A stretch of DNA of 64,000 bases from Roseomonas sp. Its GTDB lineage: Bacteria; Pseudomonadota; Alphaproteobacteria; Acetobacterales; Acetobacteraceae. Below, piece after piece: positions 19,476 to 29,151 of this stretch. Position numbers and translations under genes: made by a program. How positions within the stretch are numbered: the stretch's first letter is position 1; each line of letters begins with the position of its first letter. The notes beneath the pieces are model-generated. The model ran no database searches, was not told where the DNA came from, and worked only from the letters and a program-made list of their open reading frames with translations. The DNA is taken from NCBI GenBank assembly GCA_044356015.1, contig JBIKXA010000002.1, positions 173 through 64,172 on the forward strand. Direction: 5' to 3'.

Positions 19476-19544
19476 GCCGACCTGGCGCTGGCAAAGGCTA
19501 TGGCGCAGGCGTTACGGGCCCAGAAGCTGCTGGATGAGGGGCGC
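19476..19544 (+). pseudogene. Second fragment of the same recombinase-module gene (copy 2)
   Basis: ADLALAKAMAQALRAQKLLDEGR, colinear with 18170-18238. Confidence 0.6.
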
Positions 19545-20050
19545 CGGGTCTTCGGAAAGACTTGGACCGCTGGAAGAAGATTATATCTCCCTCGCAGAAG
19601 GAAAATCCTGGAAAACCCGATTTTATGAAAAAAATACCCTGCAAACTTTCACAAGCACGATTCTAACGAAAGCCAGCTTTCCCAACCATGCCGCACCGCA
19701 GCATGAAAAAACCATTTTATATCAATGCGTTACGCCTTGTTGGAAAAATCGGCTTACCCTCAAGCTTTGGAGAGACTTCGCCGGTTCGGAGAAAAAACGG
19801 CGGAATGTTGCGCCCATGCACCATCAAAGCGTGCCAGAAAAAGCCTTGTTTTCAACGGCAATTAGTGGCTGGTTCGGGAAGGCGAGCCGGTTCAGCCAGG
19901 TAGTGACTGGAGCAGCAGTGGCGACCAAAAAGGCGAAACTCTCTGGGGGGAGGGGCCCTCGGACGCCAGTTTGGCTTTAACCGTCATACCGAGGCAACCT
20001 CAGTTGACCGCAAACAGCCATGGAAATCTGGCGCAGCATGGGTTATGTAT

Positions 20051-20060
20051 ATTACGTAAT
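20051..20060. promoter_or_regulatory. Palindromic operator candidate for the TA operon
   Basis: ATTACGTAAT in an AT-rich patch just upstream of the GGAGGT RBS of the antitoxin. Confidence 0.45.
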
Positions 20061-20076
20061 TTGCGGAGGTCTTCCC

Positions 20077-20343
20077 ATGTCCGAGCCCATGCTCAAAGTC
20101 GGCGCTGCAGAAGCCCAGCGAAATTTCGGCCTCTACCAGGACAAGGCCTTGGTCCAACCTGTTGCTATCACTCGCAATGGTCGGCCACGGACGGTGATGA
20201 TCTCCATCGAGGAATATGAGCGCCTAAAGCGCCGGGACCGCCAGGTGATGCGGAGTGAAGACATGCCGCAGGACCTCGCCGACGCTATCCTTCACGCTGA
20301 ACCGTCAGAGGAGAGCAAGCACTACGATCATGAAGTCCGCTAG
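20077..20343 (+). CDS. Phd/YefM-family antitoxin
   Basis: VGAAEAQRNFG...QPVAITRNGRPRTVMISIEEYERL; GGAGGT RBS. Confidence 0.88.
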   Translation: MSEPMLKVGAAEAQRNFGLYQDKALVQPVAITRNGRPRTVMISIEEYERLKRRDRQVMRSEDMPQDLADAILHAEPSEESKHYDHEVR

Positions 20344-20773
20344 GCCGGTGCTTCCGGCTGTCGGCGATGTCATCCGTTATGCCTATCTTTGGAGCCATGA
20401 GAGTGGGGCCGGGCGCGAGGAAGGTACCAAGGATCGTCCTGCCGCTATTGTTGCGCTGCTGCGCGGGGATGATGGTCGTGACGAAGTTGTGGTTTTCCCG
20501 GTCACCTCCTCGCACCCGACTGACGCTGCTGCCGGTGTCGAGATACCGGCGGCGACACGCGATAGGCTTGGACTACAGGATGGACCCTGTTGGGTGATCG
20601 TGACTGAGGTGAACATCTTTGTCTGGCCTGGCCCGGATCTGCGCCGTCCGGAGAACGCCAATGATGGCTTCGTTTACGGTAGTCTGCCGCATGCACTGAT
20701 GCTGAGAATCAAGCAAAGCTTCGCCGCGTGGCGCGCGCGTGGGCGTGTTCGCGCAATCCGGCGTAGTGAGTAG
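20330..20773 (+). CDS. PemK/MazF-like toxin
   Basis: GDVIRYAYLW...EEGTKDRPAAIV...VVFPVTS; overlaps the antitoxin by 14 nt. Confidence 0.7.
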   Translation: MKSARPVLPAVGDVIRYAYLWSHESGAGREEGTKDRPAAIVALLRGDDGRDEVVVFPVTSSHPTDAAAGVEIPAATRDRLGLQDGPCWVIVTEVNIFVWPGPDLRRPENANDGFVYGSLPHALMLRIKQSFAAWRARGRVRAIRRSE

Positions 20774-20987
20774 GGCCCTTTTCATTGAGACGCCCCTAAA
20801 TGGTTCTCCAAGACAATGGAATACGCAACTCTGGAATTGATGATCGAGCTCAGTAGCAGGCGCTCGGCGCAGCGATTGGGTAGGTCTCATGCGCTGAATT
20901 GGACGCGCGCCACTATGCGTCATTGGATCAATGGGTGGGATGGCAGCGTAACTCAAATGCAGCAGCCGCCTACAAACTCAGAGAAAA

Positions 20988-23900
20988 TCATCCCATGCGC
21001 CGCGCGCGCCCTTTAATCCTCGCAAGCCCTGCGGCCACTAGTTCTACCTCCGGCCGCATGCCAAGCTCCTCGGCGATGTCAGCCGCCTGCCGGTAATGTG
21101 ATCCTGCCTCGCGCGGTGCTTCCGCCGAAAGTACGTCGCCCAAAACGCGCCCCGCCCAGGCCAAATGCCCGCGCTCCTCCTGCGATTCAGCAGCATCGCG
21201 GCCGGCGCGGGCCGCCGCCAAGGCGTCCCCCGAAAGGCCCAGATGGTGCGTTGCCTCAGCCAGGCGCAGATAAGTGTGTGCATACATTGGCCCACGTGCC
21301 CGCACCTCCGGCATCACAGCTTGGCGCAGCAGTGCCAGCCCGCGTTCCGTATCGCCGCGCATCACCCGCACATAACCAAGCCCCGCTGCAATCCATGGAT
21401 AGGTCGCTGGCACTTCAACAACGCGGTAGAGTTCGAGGCCCCGTTCCAGCACTGCCTCTGCCTCCTCCAGCGTGCCGGCGCGGATCAGGGCGTGGCCGTG
21501 ACCAAAACTCATCACCGCTTGGGAATAGCTGTTGCCAAGCTGGGCCGCTGCCGCCCAGCCGCGCGCACCTTCATCCCGGGCCGCCGCATCCTCGCCAAGT
21601 TCGGCAAGTGACCAGGCAAGGAAGGAATGGCAAAACACAAATGGATAGCCGCCAAAGGCGAAGGCATCCTGTTCACCGCGCCGATCCAGCAGCGCAATGG
21701 CCTCGCGCAGGACTTTCACTGCCTCCCGATAAGCGCCAACCGCCTGAAGGATGGTACCGCGACGATAAAGGCCAAGCGCCGTGGTCAGATCGCCTTCGCC
21801 GGTTGAAGCGATCGCCATGGCGCTATCGGCAGCCGCTGCCGCAAGCCGATGCTGGGCGCTCTGCCAGTACCAGCCCGAGAGCAGCAATCCGGCACGCATC
21901 TGGCGTGGCTTGTCGCCGACCCCCTCGGCAATCCTGGCGGCCTCTTCCAGGCGCGACGGTATCGCGTCATGCTCTCCAATAATGAATAGGGCGTTACGGA
22001 TTTCAATGTTGAGATCCGCTTCTGCCGCGGCGCGATCCGGTCCATCCGGCAGCCGGCGCAGCGCGTCAAGCGCCCGACTGTAATGGCCAATCGCCTCCCG
22101 GTTCGCTGATCGTGCCGCGGCGCGCAGGCCGGCTTTGCGTCCGTAATCTGCCGCAGCCTCCCAGTCCTCTGCCCGCGCGGCGTGGAAGGCCAGCATTTCA
22201 ACGGGCGATTCTGTGGCACGCTGGGTCGCCTTCGTGCCTTGGCTCCGCTCCATGGCACGCAGGACGCGCAGATGCAGTTCGCGGCGGTCCTGTCGCAGTA
22301 GCGAACCATAGACAACCTCATGCGTTAGCGCGTGCTTGAAACGGTGGACCGGCTCAGGCACCACACGCAGCGGCAGCAAGAACTCACCGGTATGCAGGCG
22401 CGCCATGGCGCGTCCGAAGGCCTCATCCGAAAGGTCACTAACGGCGCGCAGCAGCGGTCCGGGGCCTTCGGCGCCAATCACTGCGGCCATCTGCAGCAGG
22501 CGTTTATCGTCCAGCGCCAACCGATCCAACCGCGCAGCGATAACAGCCTGCACTGTCGCCGGCAGCACCAATCGATCCGGGTTGCCATCCAGGCGATAGG
22601 CGCCTGGCTCGCCGCGCAGCAGCCCGCTTGCTTCGGCAGCGCGCGCGCATTCCTCCAGAAAGAACGGATTGCCGCCCGCACGCGCCGTCAGCTGCTGCTT
22701 CAAAGGTTCGAGTGTCGCATCCGTGCCAAGCGCGCGGTCCAGCAGCGCGCGTGCACCGTCTTGGGTAATCGGTTCAAGCCTGATTTGCCGGTAATGCCCA
22801 AGGCTTGCCCAAGCATGCGCGAATTCGGGACGGTAATTCACCAGCAGCGCAAGGCGGGATGCCGGCAGGGTTTCGATCACGCTTTCCAGAACATCCCGGC
22901 TTGCCGCGTCAATCCAATGCAAGTCTTCGAGCAACGCAAGCAGCGGCTGGTCCGCCGCGTGGCGGTGCAGCAGCGCCTTTACCGCTTCAACCAGCCTGCG
23001 GCCACGCTGCGCCGGTTCCAACTTATCCCAGGGGGATTCAATGTCTGAAGTCGCCACGCTGTCGCCGAGAAGTGCGAGCAGCGCCTCCATCACCGCCGGG
23101 GCGAGCGCAAGCGTATTGCCGGTTGCGACAACGCGTGCCCGGGCGATCTTGGCATCTTCCCCCTGGGCAATGCCAAAATAAGCGCGGATCAGCCCGGCGA
23201 CCGCTGCATAGGCAACATCGCCAGATTGTGAATCCGCAGCAAAGGCAATGGCGCGCCAATCCGGCGGCAGCCTTCCGCTCAGAAATTCCCGCGCAAGGCG
23301 CGATTTGCCGACACCTGCCTCGCCCACGATGGCGACGATCCTGCCCGAACCGACTGACGTCGGCGCCAAAGCGGTGGCCAGGGCATCCAATTCATCCTGC
23401 CGTTCAACGAAGCCGGCTGCCGTTGTCTGCGCCGCACCCTCAGTGGGCGCTTCCAGCCGGTAAAGCGCCGGTCCGGGGAGCCCGGAATCGGAAAGCTGCT
23501 GTTCAGTCTCGGTAAAGCGCATCTTGCCGCGAGTGAGCACCATGCTGGCTTCGGTCGCCAAAGCCGTTCCCGGCAGGGCTGAAGCAGCAAGCCGCGCGGC
23601 GCGTTGCAGGGCGGGGCCTGAAAGGGCACCGCTGCGCAGCAGAACCTCGGCAGAATCGAGCCCGATGGCCAAGACAATGGCGCGATCACCTTCCTGCGCC
23701 GTCATGAGCGCGGTGAGCGCCGCGCGGCAGGCACGCACCGCATGATCTTCGAAGGCCACTGGCGCGCCGAAAGCGGCCGAAACGCCTTCGGCCGAGCAGC
23801 GCAGCACCTGCCCACCATGGGCGCGCACCGCTTCCGCCACGCGCCGCGCCGCCGCTTCAAGCAAGGGCTCCAGATCTTCCAGGTCCGGCGTCATGCCCGG

Positions 23901-24704
23901 GCCCATCGCCAGGCTGGCGGCAAAGGCCGTTACCTGTTTCCGCTCCCCCTCCATGCCATCGGCTGCGATGGGCGGGGCTGGCTGCGGCGCCAGCGCTTCC
24001 CGCCGGAGTGCCGCGAGTTCCGGGCCTGGCTCCACTTGAAGTTCACGGCGCAACAGATCGGCGCAGGCGGCATATTGCCGTGCGGCATCGGCCGCGCGCC
24101 CTTCATCAAGGTGAAGGCGGATCAGGTCGCGATTGGCTTCTTCCGATAGCGGCTCAAGCGTCACGGCCCTTTCCAACGCTGTTCTTGCCGTTACCGAATC
24201 GCGCCGCGCCCTTGCGGCCTGCCCAAGCCGCAAAAGGCCTGACAGCGCGATATTGTGCAGCCGCCGCCGTTCCGTGAGCAGCCATTCATTGAACCCTTCC
24301 TCGCGCAACGTCATGCCATCCACCAAGGGGCCTTGGTAAAGGCGCGCGGCTTCGTTTAGCGAATCGAAATCCTCAGCCGCCGCGCGTGACTGGAAATCAA
24401 GCGCATCCACGGCGACGCGGCCCAGCGCGAATGTCACCCCATCACGCGTCGCGAGCAGCCAATCTTCCCCGCCAAGCGCGGTGCGGATTGAGGTGAGGGC
24501 TTGGCTCAGGCTGTGGCGGGCTTGCGCTTCCCCACGGTCACCCCAGAGCAATTCGGCCAAGCGTTCACGCGAAACGGTCGCGCCGCCGGCGAGCACGATG
24601 ATGGCCAGCAGCGCCTCGGCCTTGCGTGTTGGCAATGCCGCGATTGTGCCGCCCGCCAGGCGGACTTCAAAGCCGCCAAGAAGGCAAATACTGGGTCCGG
24701 TCAT
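20988..24704 (-). CDS. Large SARP-type regulator: wHTH-BTAD + degenerate class III cyclase domain + AAA/STAND ATPase + TPR-like repeats
   Basis: ICLLGGFEV, SRERLAELLW, LEPLSEEA (BTAD); GERKQVTAF...AFGAPVAFEDHAVRA (cyclase fold); GEAGVGKS, LLEDLHWID, GGNPFFLEE (STAND). Start MTGPS at 24704. Confidence 0.88.
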   Translation of the reverse strand: MTGPSICLLGGFEVRLAGGTIAALPTRKAEALLAIIVLAGGATVSRERLAELLWGDRGEAQARHSLSQALTSIRTALGGEDWLLATRDGVTFALGRVAVDALDFQSRAAAEDFDSLNEAARLYQGPLVDGMTLREEGFNEWLLTERRRLHNIALSGLLRLGQAARARRDSVTARTALERAVTLEPLSEEANRDLIRLHLDEGRAADAARQYAACADLLRRELQVEPGPELAALRREALAPQPAPPIAADGMEGERKQVTAFAASLAMGPGMTPDLEDLEPLLEAAARRVAEAVRAHGGQVLRCSAEGVSAAFGAPVAFEDHAVRACRAALTALMTAQEGDRAIVLAIGLDSAEVLLRSGALSGPALQRAARLAASALPGTALATEASMVLTRGKMRFTETEQQLSDSGLPGPALYRLEAPTEGAAQTTAAGFVERQDELDALATALAPTSVGSGRIVAIVGEAGVGKSRLAREFLSGRLPPDWRAIAFAADSQSGDVAYAAVAGLIRAYFGIAQGEDAKIARARVVATGNTLALAPAVMEALLALLGDSVATSDIESPWDKLEPAQRGRRLVEAVKALLHRHAADQPLLALLEDLHWIDAASRDVLESVIETLPASRLALLVNYRPEFAHAWASLGHYRQIRLEPITQDGARALLDRALGTDATLEPLKQQLTARAGGNPFFLEECARAAEASGLLRGEPGAYRLDGNPDRLVLPATVQAVIAARLDRLALDDKRLLQMAAVIGAEGPGPLLRAVSDLSDEAFGRAMARLHTGEFLLPLRVVPEPVHRFKHALTHEVVYGSLLRQDRRELHLRVLRAMERSQGTKATQRATESPVEMLAFHAARAEDWEAAADYGRKAGLRAAARSANREAIGHYSRALDALRRLPDGPDRAAAEADLNIEIRNALFIIGEHDAIPSRLEEAARIAEGVGDKPRQMRAGLLLSGWYWQSAQHRLAAAAADSAMAIASTGEGDLTTALGLYRRGTILQAVGAYREAVKVLREAIALLDRRGEQDAFAFGGYPFVFCHSFLAWSLAELGEDAAARDEGARGWAAAAQLGNSYSQAVMSFGHGHALIRAGTLEEAEAVLERGLELYRVVEVPATYPWIAAGLGYVRVMRGDTERGLALLRQAVMPEVRARGPMYAHTYLRLAEATHHLGLSGDALAAARAGRDAAESQEERGHLAWAGRVLGDVLSAEAPREAGSHYRQAADIAEELGMRPEVELVAAGLARIKGRARRMG

Positions 24705-24789
24705 CGGCGCGGGCCACCTTTCATCATTCAACGGACCGACCATGGGGCAGCGTTATGGGCTTGTCATGTCAAAAGCGTAAGAATCCGCG

Positions 24790-24925
24790 CTTTGATAGCC
24801 GCTTGATATCACTTTTGAGCGTGATGTGAGGCGCCTTCGCCAAGGTGGTCACCGCAACGCCAGCCAATCCATGGCAGGCGTCACCGGACACAGGAGCAAG
24901 AGACCACCATGAGCACCACCACCGC
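24790..24925 (+). repeat. Duplicated promoter/5' leader, copy A
   Basis: Colinear with 27573-27710 (TTGATA.CCGCTTGAT....TTTTGAGCGT..TGTGAGGCGCCT.CGCCAAGGTG ... GGACACAGGAGCA ... CACCATGAGCAC). Confidence 0.85.
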
Positions 24926-25139
24926 ACCGATGATGCCCGTATTCCAGAAACTGCGGGCTGAGCGTTTGACTGCGCCATACACAAGCGCATCCACGCAGGA
25001 AGCAGTTTTGTCTGCGGGCGGCCAAGCCTTCTTCGGCCGGATACTGCGCATGATGGGCGAAAGCCTGTGCAAAGCCATGGACCGCCGCGCGGCGGCGCTC
25101 ACGCAGCGCAGCGCTCAGCCGGCCGCTTTACCTTGGTGA
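24909..25139 (+). CDS. Small hypothetical protein
   Basis: AGGAG RBS and MSTTT start shared with the methyltransferase leader; the rest is unrelated. Confidence 0.45.
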   Translation: MSTTTAPMMPVFQKLRAERLTAPYTSASTQEAVLSAGGQAFFGRILRMMGESLCKAMDRRAAALTQRSAQPAALPW

Positions 25140-25267
25140 GATCGGCGGCCTTGGTCGGGCGCCAGGCGCTGTCAGCCGCGACATGGCCGGAGGTTCTATC
25201 GGTGCCGACCACCGCCGCGGGATTTTCTGATCCCGCGGCATCTTTACGGATCGCACGTCTGCATCCG

Positions 25268-25552
25268 TCAGGATGCAGCCTTAGTCCCGGTTTCCGGGCC
25301 AATGACGCTTGCGATTTCGGTCACCAGATCTGCCGGAAAACCACCCTCGCGGGCATGCCGATAGATCGTTTCGGCATCCGGCGCTTCGTGGACGCAGTAG
25401 ATCTTGTCGCCGGCCACATAGCTGGTGGCCCAGACATATGGCACGCCAAGGCCGGCCACGACCGCATTCGACTTGGCGGAGATTTCCTGCAAATCCTTGG
25501 GGGACAACGTGCTTGCGCCCGGGATCACACGTTCGATAAGGTATTTTGGCAT
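25268..25552 (-). CDS. DUF4242 (SCO4226-like putative nickel-binding) protein
   Basis: MPKYLIERVIPG...SYVAGDKIYCVHEAPDAETIYRHAREGGFPAD; GGAGG RBS. Confidence 0.85.
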   Translation of the reverse strand: MPKYLIERVIPGASTLSPKDLQEISAKSNAVVAGLGVPYVWATSYVAGDKIYCVHEAPDAETIYRHAREGGFPADLVTEIASVIGPETGTKAAS

Positions 25553-25696
25553 TCCATGCCTCCATGTTTGAGTGCAACGGCGGCATGAAACACGGAACGC
25601 AAGCGACATACCGTGTGAGCTTCGGGCGGCGCGGTAAAATCTCTCACACGGTTCATCACACGCATTGGGACGGCTTCTGATCCCGGAGGAGCAGCG

Positions 25697-27415
25697 GTGC
25701 AGATCAAGCTTTTGGGAAGGCCGGCGATCCGCGGCAGCGACGGGAAGCGACGTGTGCTGCGCGGGCAGCAGGTCTGGGCCGTATTGGCCCGTATTCTCCT
25801 CACACCGCGTCCGCTGGACCGCAGGACTTTGGCGCTTGATGTATTTCCTGAGACGGATGATCCGTTGGGCGCGCTGCGCTGGTGTCTCGCGAGCCTAAGG
25901 CGGGCGCTTGACGCCCCGGAGGCCTTCGCGGGCGATCCCGTTGCTGCAAACCTTCCTGACGGTTGTCGAGTCGATGTCTTCGCGTGGTTGGAAGGCTCCA
26001 TCGACCCCGACTTTTCGAGCAACTTGCTTGAAGGCGTTGAGCCGCGGTCCAGCGCCCAATTCGCCACATGGCTGCTGGTAGAACGCGCCCGATTTGCAGG
26101 CCTTGTCGATGAGGCGCTGCGCCGCCAGTCGTTGGGCGCGCTTCAGGCCCGGGACGCTGATCGGGCCGCGCGACTTTCTGAACGCGTCGTCTCGCGCAAT
26201 CCTTTCGATGAGGGTGGACACATCCTGCTGGTGCAGAGCCTTCTACTAGCGGGGCGGCGCGATGCGGCGGTCGCGCATCTGGAAGGTGTGGAAAAGCTCT
26301 TCCTGGCCGATCTGGGGGAGATGCCATCCCCCGCCCTGAGGGCCGTTCTAAAGCCAAAACCCACTGGCGCGGGTCCCAGCGGTACATCGGCGGCAGTCGG
26401 CGCCATGATGGATGCGGGATTGGCGGCCGTTCATGCCGGTGCGGCTGACGCGGGGCTCGACCTTCTGCGCCAGGCAACTTCAGACGCCGACAAACTTGGT
26501 GACATCGCCCTGCTGGCCCAAACGACCGTGGAGCTGGGATCTGCATTGGTCCACTCGGCACGCGGGCGCGACGATGAGGGCGCCATTCTTCTCGGCGAAG
26601 CGCTGATGCTTGCGCGCCGTTCAGGCCAGGGCAGACTGGCCGTCCGAGCATTGCGTGAGCTTGGATATGTCGATTCTTTGGCAGGACGGCGCCCATCGGC
26701 CGCCGAGCACTTAAAGGCAGCGCGTGATGCGAGCGCGCCGGGCGAAAAGATCGCCAGTATCCTGGCCATCACCGCTCTCAACCTAGTGGATTGGGGACGG
26801 ATTCCGGAGGGGCTCTGGCTGTTCGAAGAGGCTCTCGATACGGCTCAGGCTGAGGAGGATGTGCGGACGGAAATCTTCGCGCTTGGCTTGGGAAGCTGGG
26901 GCTTCCTTGCCGCGGAGCGTCCGGAAGCCGCCAGGGATTGGGCTTCCAGTTGCCTCGACCGAGCCGACAAGGCGAACTGGCTCGCCTTTCGCCCCTTTCC
27001 TGCAGCCATGCTCGGGGAGGCCAGGCTCGGGCTTGGTGAAGACCCGCATGAACTACGCACCGACCTGGAGGTAGCCTTTGCCCTTGGCTGTCAGCTTCGC
27101 GATCCGTGTTGGGAAGGGGCCACCGCGCGCGCAATCGCCCTCTCTCATGCGAAGGGCGGGGACGTGCAACTTGCGGGGGAGTGGAAGGAGACTGCCTTGC
27201 GCCGCTGCACGCGTGAGACAGATATCTACATGGCGCTCCTGGTCCAGATCCTGGATGATCAGGCCAAATTCTTCCGGATAGCTGGCCATATGTCTCAAGC
27301 GGAATGGAAAACCCGCGAATTGTTGGCTACAGCTGCCAAAACGCATGCCGACCATCAGATTAGCAGGGCATTGGCCGCGCTCAGCTTCAGTGGCAAGCGC
27401 CCAGTAGGGGCGTAA
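25697..27415 (+). CDS. SARP/BTAD transcriptional regulator with TPR-like C-terminus
   Basis: MQIKLLGRP, ALRWCLASLRRAL, FATWLLVERAR, NPFDEGGH. Confidence 0.85.
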   Translation: MQIKLLGRPAIRGSDGKRRVLRGQQVWAVLARILLTPRPLDRRTLALDVFPETDDPLGALRWCLASLRRALDAPEAFAGDPVAANLPDGCRVDVFAWLEGSIDPDFSSNLLEGVEPRSSAQFATWLLVERARFAGLVDEALRRQSLGALQARDADRAARLSERVVSRNPFDEGGHILLVQSLLLAGRRDAAVAHLEGVEKLFLADLGEMPSPALRAVLKPKPTGAGPSGTSAAVGAMMDAGLAAVHAGAADAGLDLLRQATSDADKLGDIALLAQTTVELGSALVHSARGRDDEGAILLGEALMLARRSGQGRLAVRALRELGYVDSLAGRRPSAAEHLKAARDASAPGEKIASILAITALNLVDWGRIPEGLWLFEEALDTAQAEEDVRTEIFALGLGSWGFLAAERPEAARDWASSCLDRADKANWLAFRPFPAAMLGEARLGLGEDPHELRTDLEVAFALGCQLRDPCWEGATARAIALSHAKGGDVQLAGEWKETALRRCTRETDIYMALLVQILDDQAKFFRIAGHMSQAEWKTRELLATAAKTHADHQISRALAALSFSGKRPVGA

Positions 27416-27572
27416 CGGATCCCCCCGCGTCATCATGGCCTCGTAGAACGCGCCCAAGAGCTCCCGGCAGCTTGATCCTCGCCGCGCGTTTGTTCGTCCG
27501 GTTGGCCAAAACGCCTTCAGGCCGTCCATTCAATTTCCCGCATTTTTTATCTCAAAAATACTGCCCCCTGCG

Positions 27573-27710
27573 TTTTGATACCCGCTTGATGGTGGTTTTG
27601 AGCGTCCTGTGAGGCGCCTGCGCCAAGGTGCTGTCAGCAGCGCAAGCCCATTCGCGGCAGGCGCCCCCAGGACACAGGAGCACGACGTCACCATGAGCAC
27701 GACAACCACG
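27573..27710 (+). repeat. Duplicated promoter/5' leader, copy B
   Basis: Homologous to 24790-24925; TTGA at 27575, 27586 and 27598. Confidence 0.85.
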
Positions 27711-28553
27711 CCGAACATGCCGTCACCCCAAGGGGTGCCGCCTTCCACCCCGCCCGACCTTTCAGCGGTCAAAGCCAAGCAGCAGGCAGCCTGGTCTGCC
27801 GGTGATTACGCTATTGTTGGCAGAACGCTGCAGATTGTCGGCGAAAACCTTTGTGAGGCCGTAAACCTCCGCGCTGGGGAGCGCGTGCTGGACGTGGCCG
27901 CCGGGAACGGCAATGCAACACTGGCCGCGGCGCGCCATTTCGCCGAAGTCACCTCAACGGATTACGTACCAGCATTGCTCGAGCGCGGCCGTGCGCGCGC
28001 CGAGGCCGAGGGCCTGCAAGTCACCTTCCGCGAAGCGGATGCCGAGGCGCTGCCCTTCGCGGATAGCACCTTTGATGTCGTCCTTTCGACCTTCGGTGTC
28101 ATGTTCACCCCTGACCAGGCACGGGCTGCGCGCGAAATGTTGCGCGTGTGCCGCCCAGGTGGGCGGATCGGGTTGGCGAATTGGACGCCAGGCAGCTTCA
28201 TCGGCGAATTGTTCAAGGTGCTTGGCCGTTACCTGCCGCCCGCGGCTGGCCTGCGTTCCCCAGCACTCTGGGGCACTGAGGAACGGCTGAAGGAGCTGTT
28301 CAGCGATGCTGAGGCTTCCATCCAAGCGACGCCGCGTATTTTCAACTTCCGCTACCGTTCACCGGCGCATTGGATGGAGGTGTTCCGCACCTTCTATGGC
28401 CCAGTGAACCGCGCCTTCCTCGCGCTCGATACGCCGCGCCAGGACGAATTGGAGCGCGACATTCTGAACCTGCTGGCGCGCTTCGACCGTGGCGGCGCCG
28501 GCGGCCTTGTTGTGCCCAGCGAATACCTCGAGGTCGTGGTGACACGCAGGTAA
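27693..28553 (+). CDS. Class I SAM-dependent methyltransferase
   Basis: VLDVAAGNGNA, EADAEALPFADSTFDVV, FGVMF; start MSTTTT at 27693. Confidence 0.92.
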   Translation: MSTTTTPNMPSPQGVPPSTPPDLSAVKAKQQAAWSAGDYAIVGRTLQIVGENLCEAVNLRAGERVLDVAAGNGNATLAAARHFAEVTSTDYVPALLERGRARAEAEGLQVTFREADAEALPFADSTFDVVLSTFGVMFTPDQARAAREMLRVCRPGGRIGLANWTPGSFIGELFKVLGRYLPPAAGLRSPALWGTEERLKELFSDAEASIQATPRIFNFRYRSPAHWMEVFRTFYGPVNRAFLALDTPRQDELERDILNLLARFDRGGAGGLVVPSEYLEVVVTRR

Positions 28554-28589
28554 GTGCCTAAAACAAATCCAAACCCAAGGAGACTATCC

Positions 28590-29060
28590 ATGAAGAAATC
28601 CATGCTGTTGTTCTGCGCCCTTTCTCTTTCCATCCCTGTTGCCGTGGCGCAGCAGGCGCCGCCCGCCGCCATGCCGCAAGCTGGCGCGCATGCCGGGCAT
28701 CATGCCCCCGCCGCCGCAAGTGCCACCTTCAAGGCCACTGTGCTTTATGAAGCACCGCTGCTGGGAACCGAGGCGCGCATCTATCGGCTCTACACGATTG
28801 ATCTTGGGCCGAGCGGTGCCACGCCACGGCATATGCATCCGGGCGACGAAATCGCGCAGGTTATCGAAGGTTCCGTCACGCTTGAGATGGAAGGCGACCA
28901 GCCGCGTACTTTCCAGGCAGGCCAGACTTTTCATCCGCGGCCTATGACGCCGCATATCGCGCGCAACGCGTCGGCCAGCGCGCCGGCGCGTCTGATCGTG
29001 AGCAGCATCACTGAGGCCGGTAAGCCAAGCACCATCATGTTGCCACCGGTCACCAACTGA
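28590..29060 (+). CDS. Exported cupin-domain protein
   Basis: Signal peptide MKKSMLLFCALSLSIPVAVA; His-rich linker GAHAGHH; cupin motifs HMHPGDE..VIEG and PHIARN. Confidence 0.85.
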   Translation: MKKSMLLFCALSLSIPVAVAQQAPPAAMPQAGAHAGHHAPAAASATFKATVLYEAPLLGTEARIYRLYTIDLGPSGATPRHMHPGDEIAQVIEGSVTLEMEGDQPRTFQAGQTFHPRPMTPHIARNASASAPARLIVSSITEAGKPSTIMLPPVTN

Positions 29061-29151
29061 TCGGCGCCGCGTCCGGTCACGATGGGTTCTGCGCCTTTCC
29101 TGCGCGCAGCATCGCTTCGATGGCCGGACGCCCAGCACTTTGGAGGATATC

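Noticed and set aside
19560-19975. tRNA-derived attachment site at the end of an integrative element
   Set aside because: It reads like element-end DNA (TGGCTGG.., CTGGGGGGAGGGG), but no TTCGA T-loop or tRNA 3' end could be identified.
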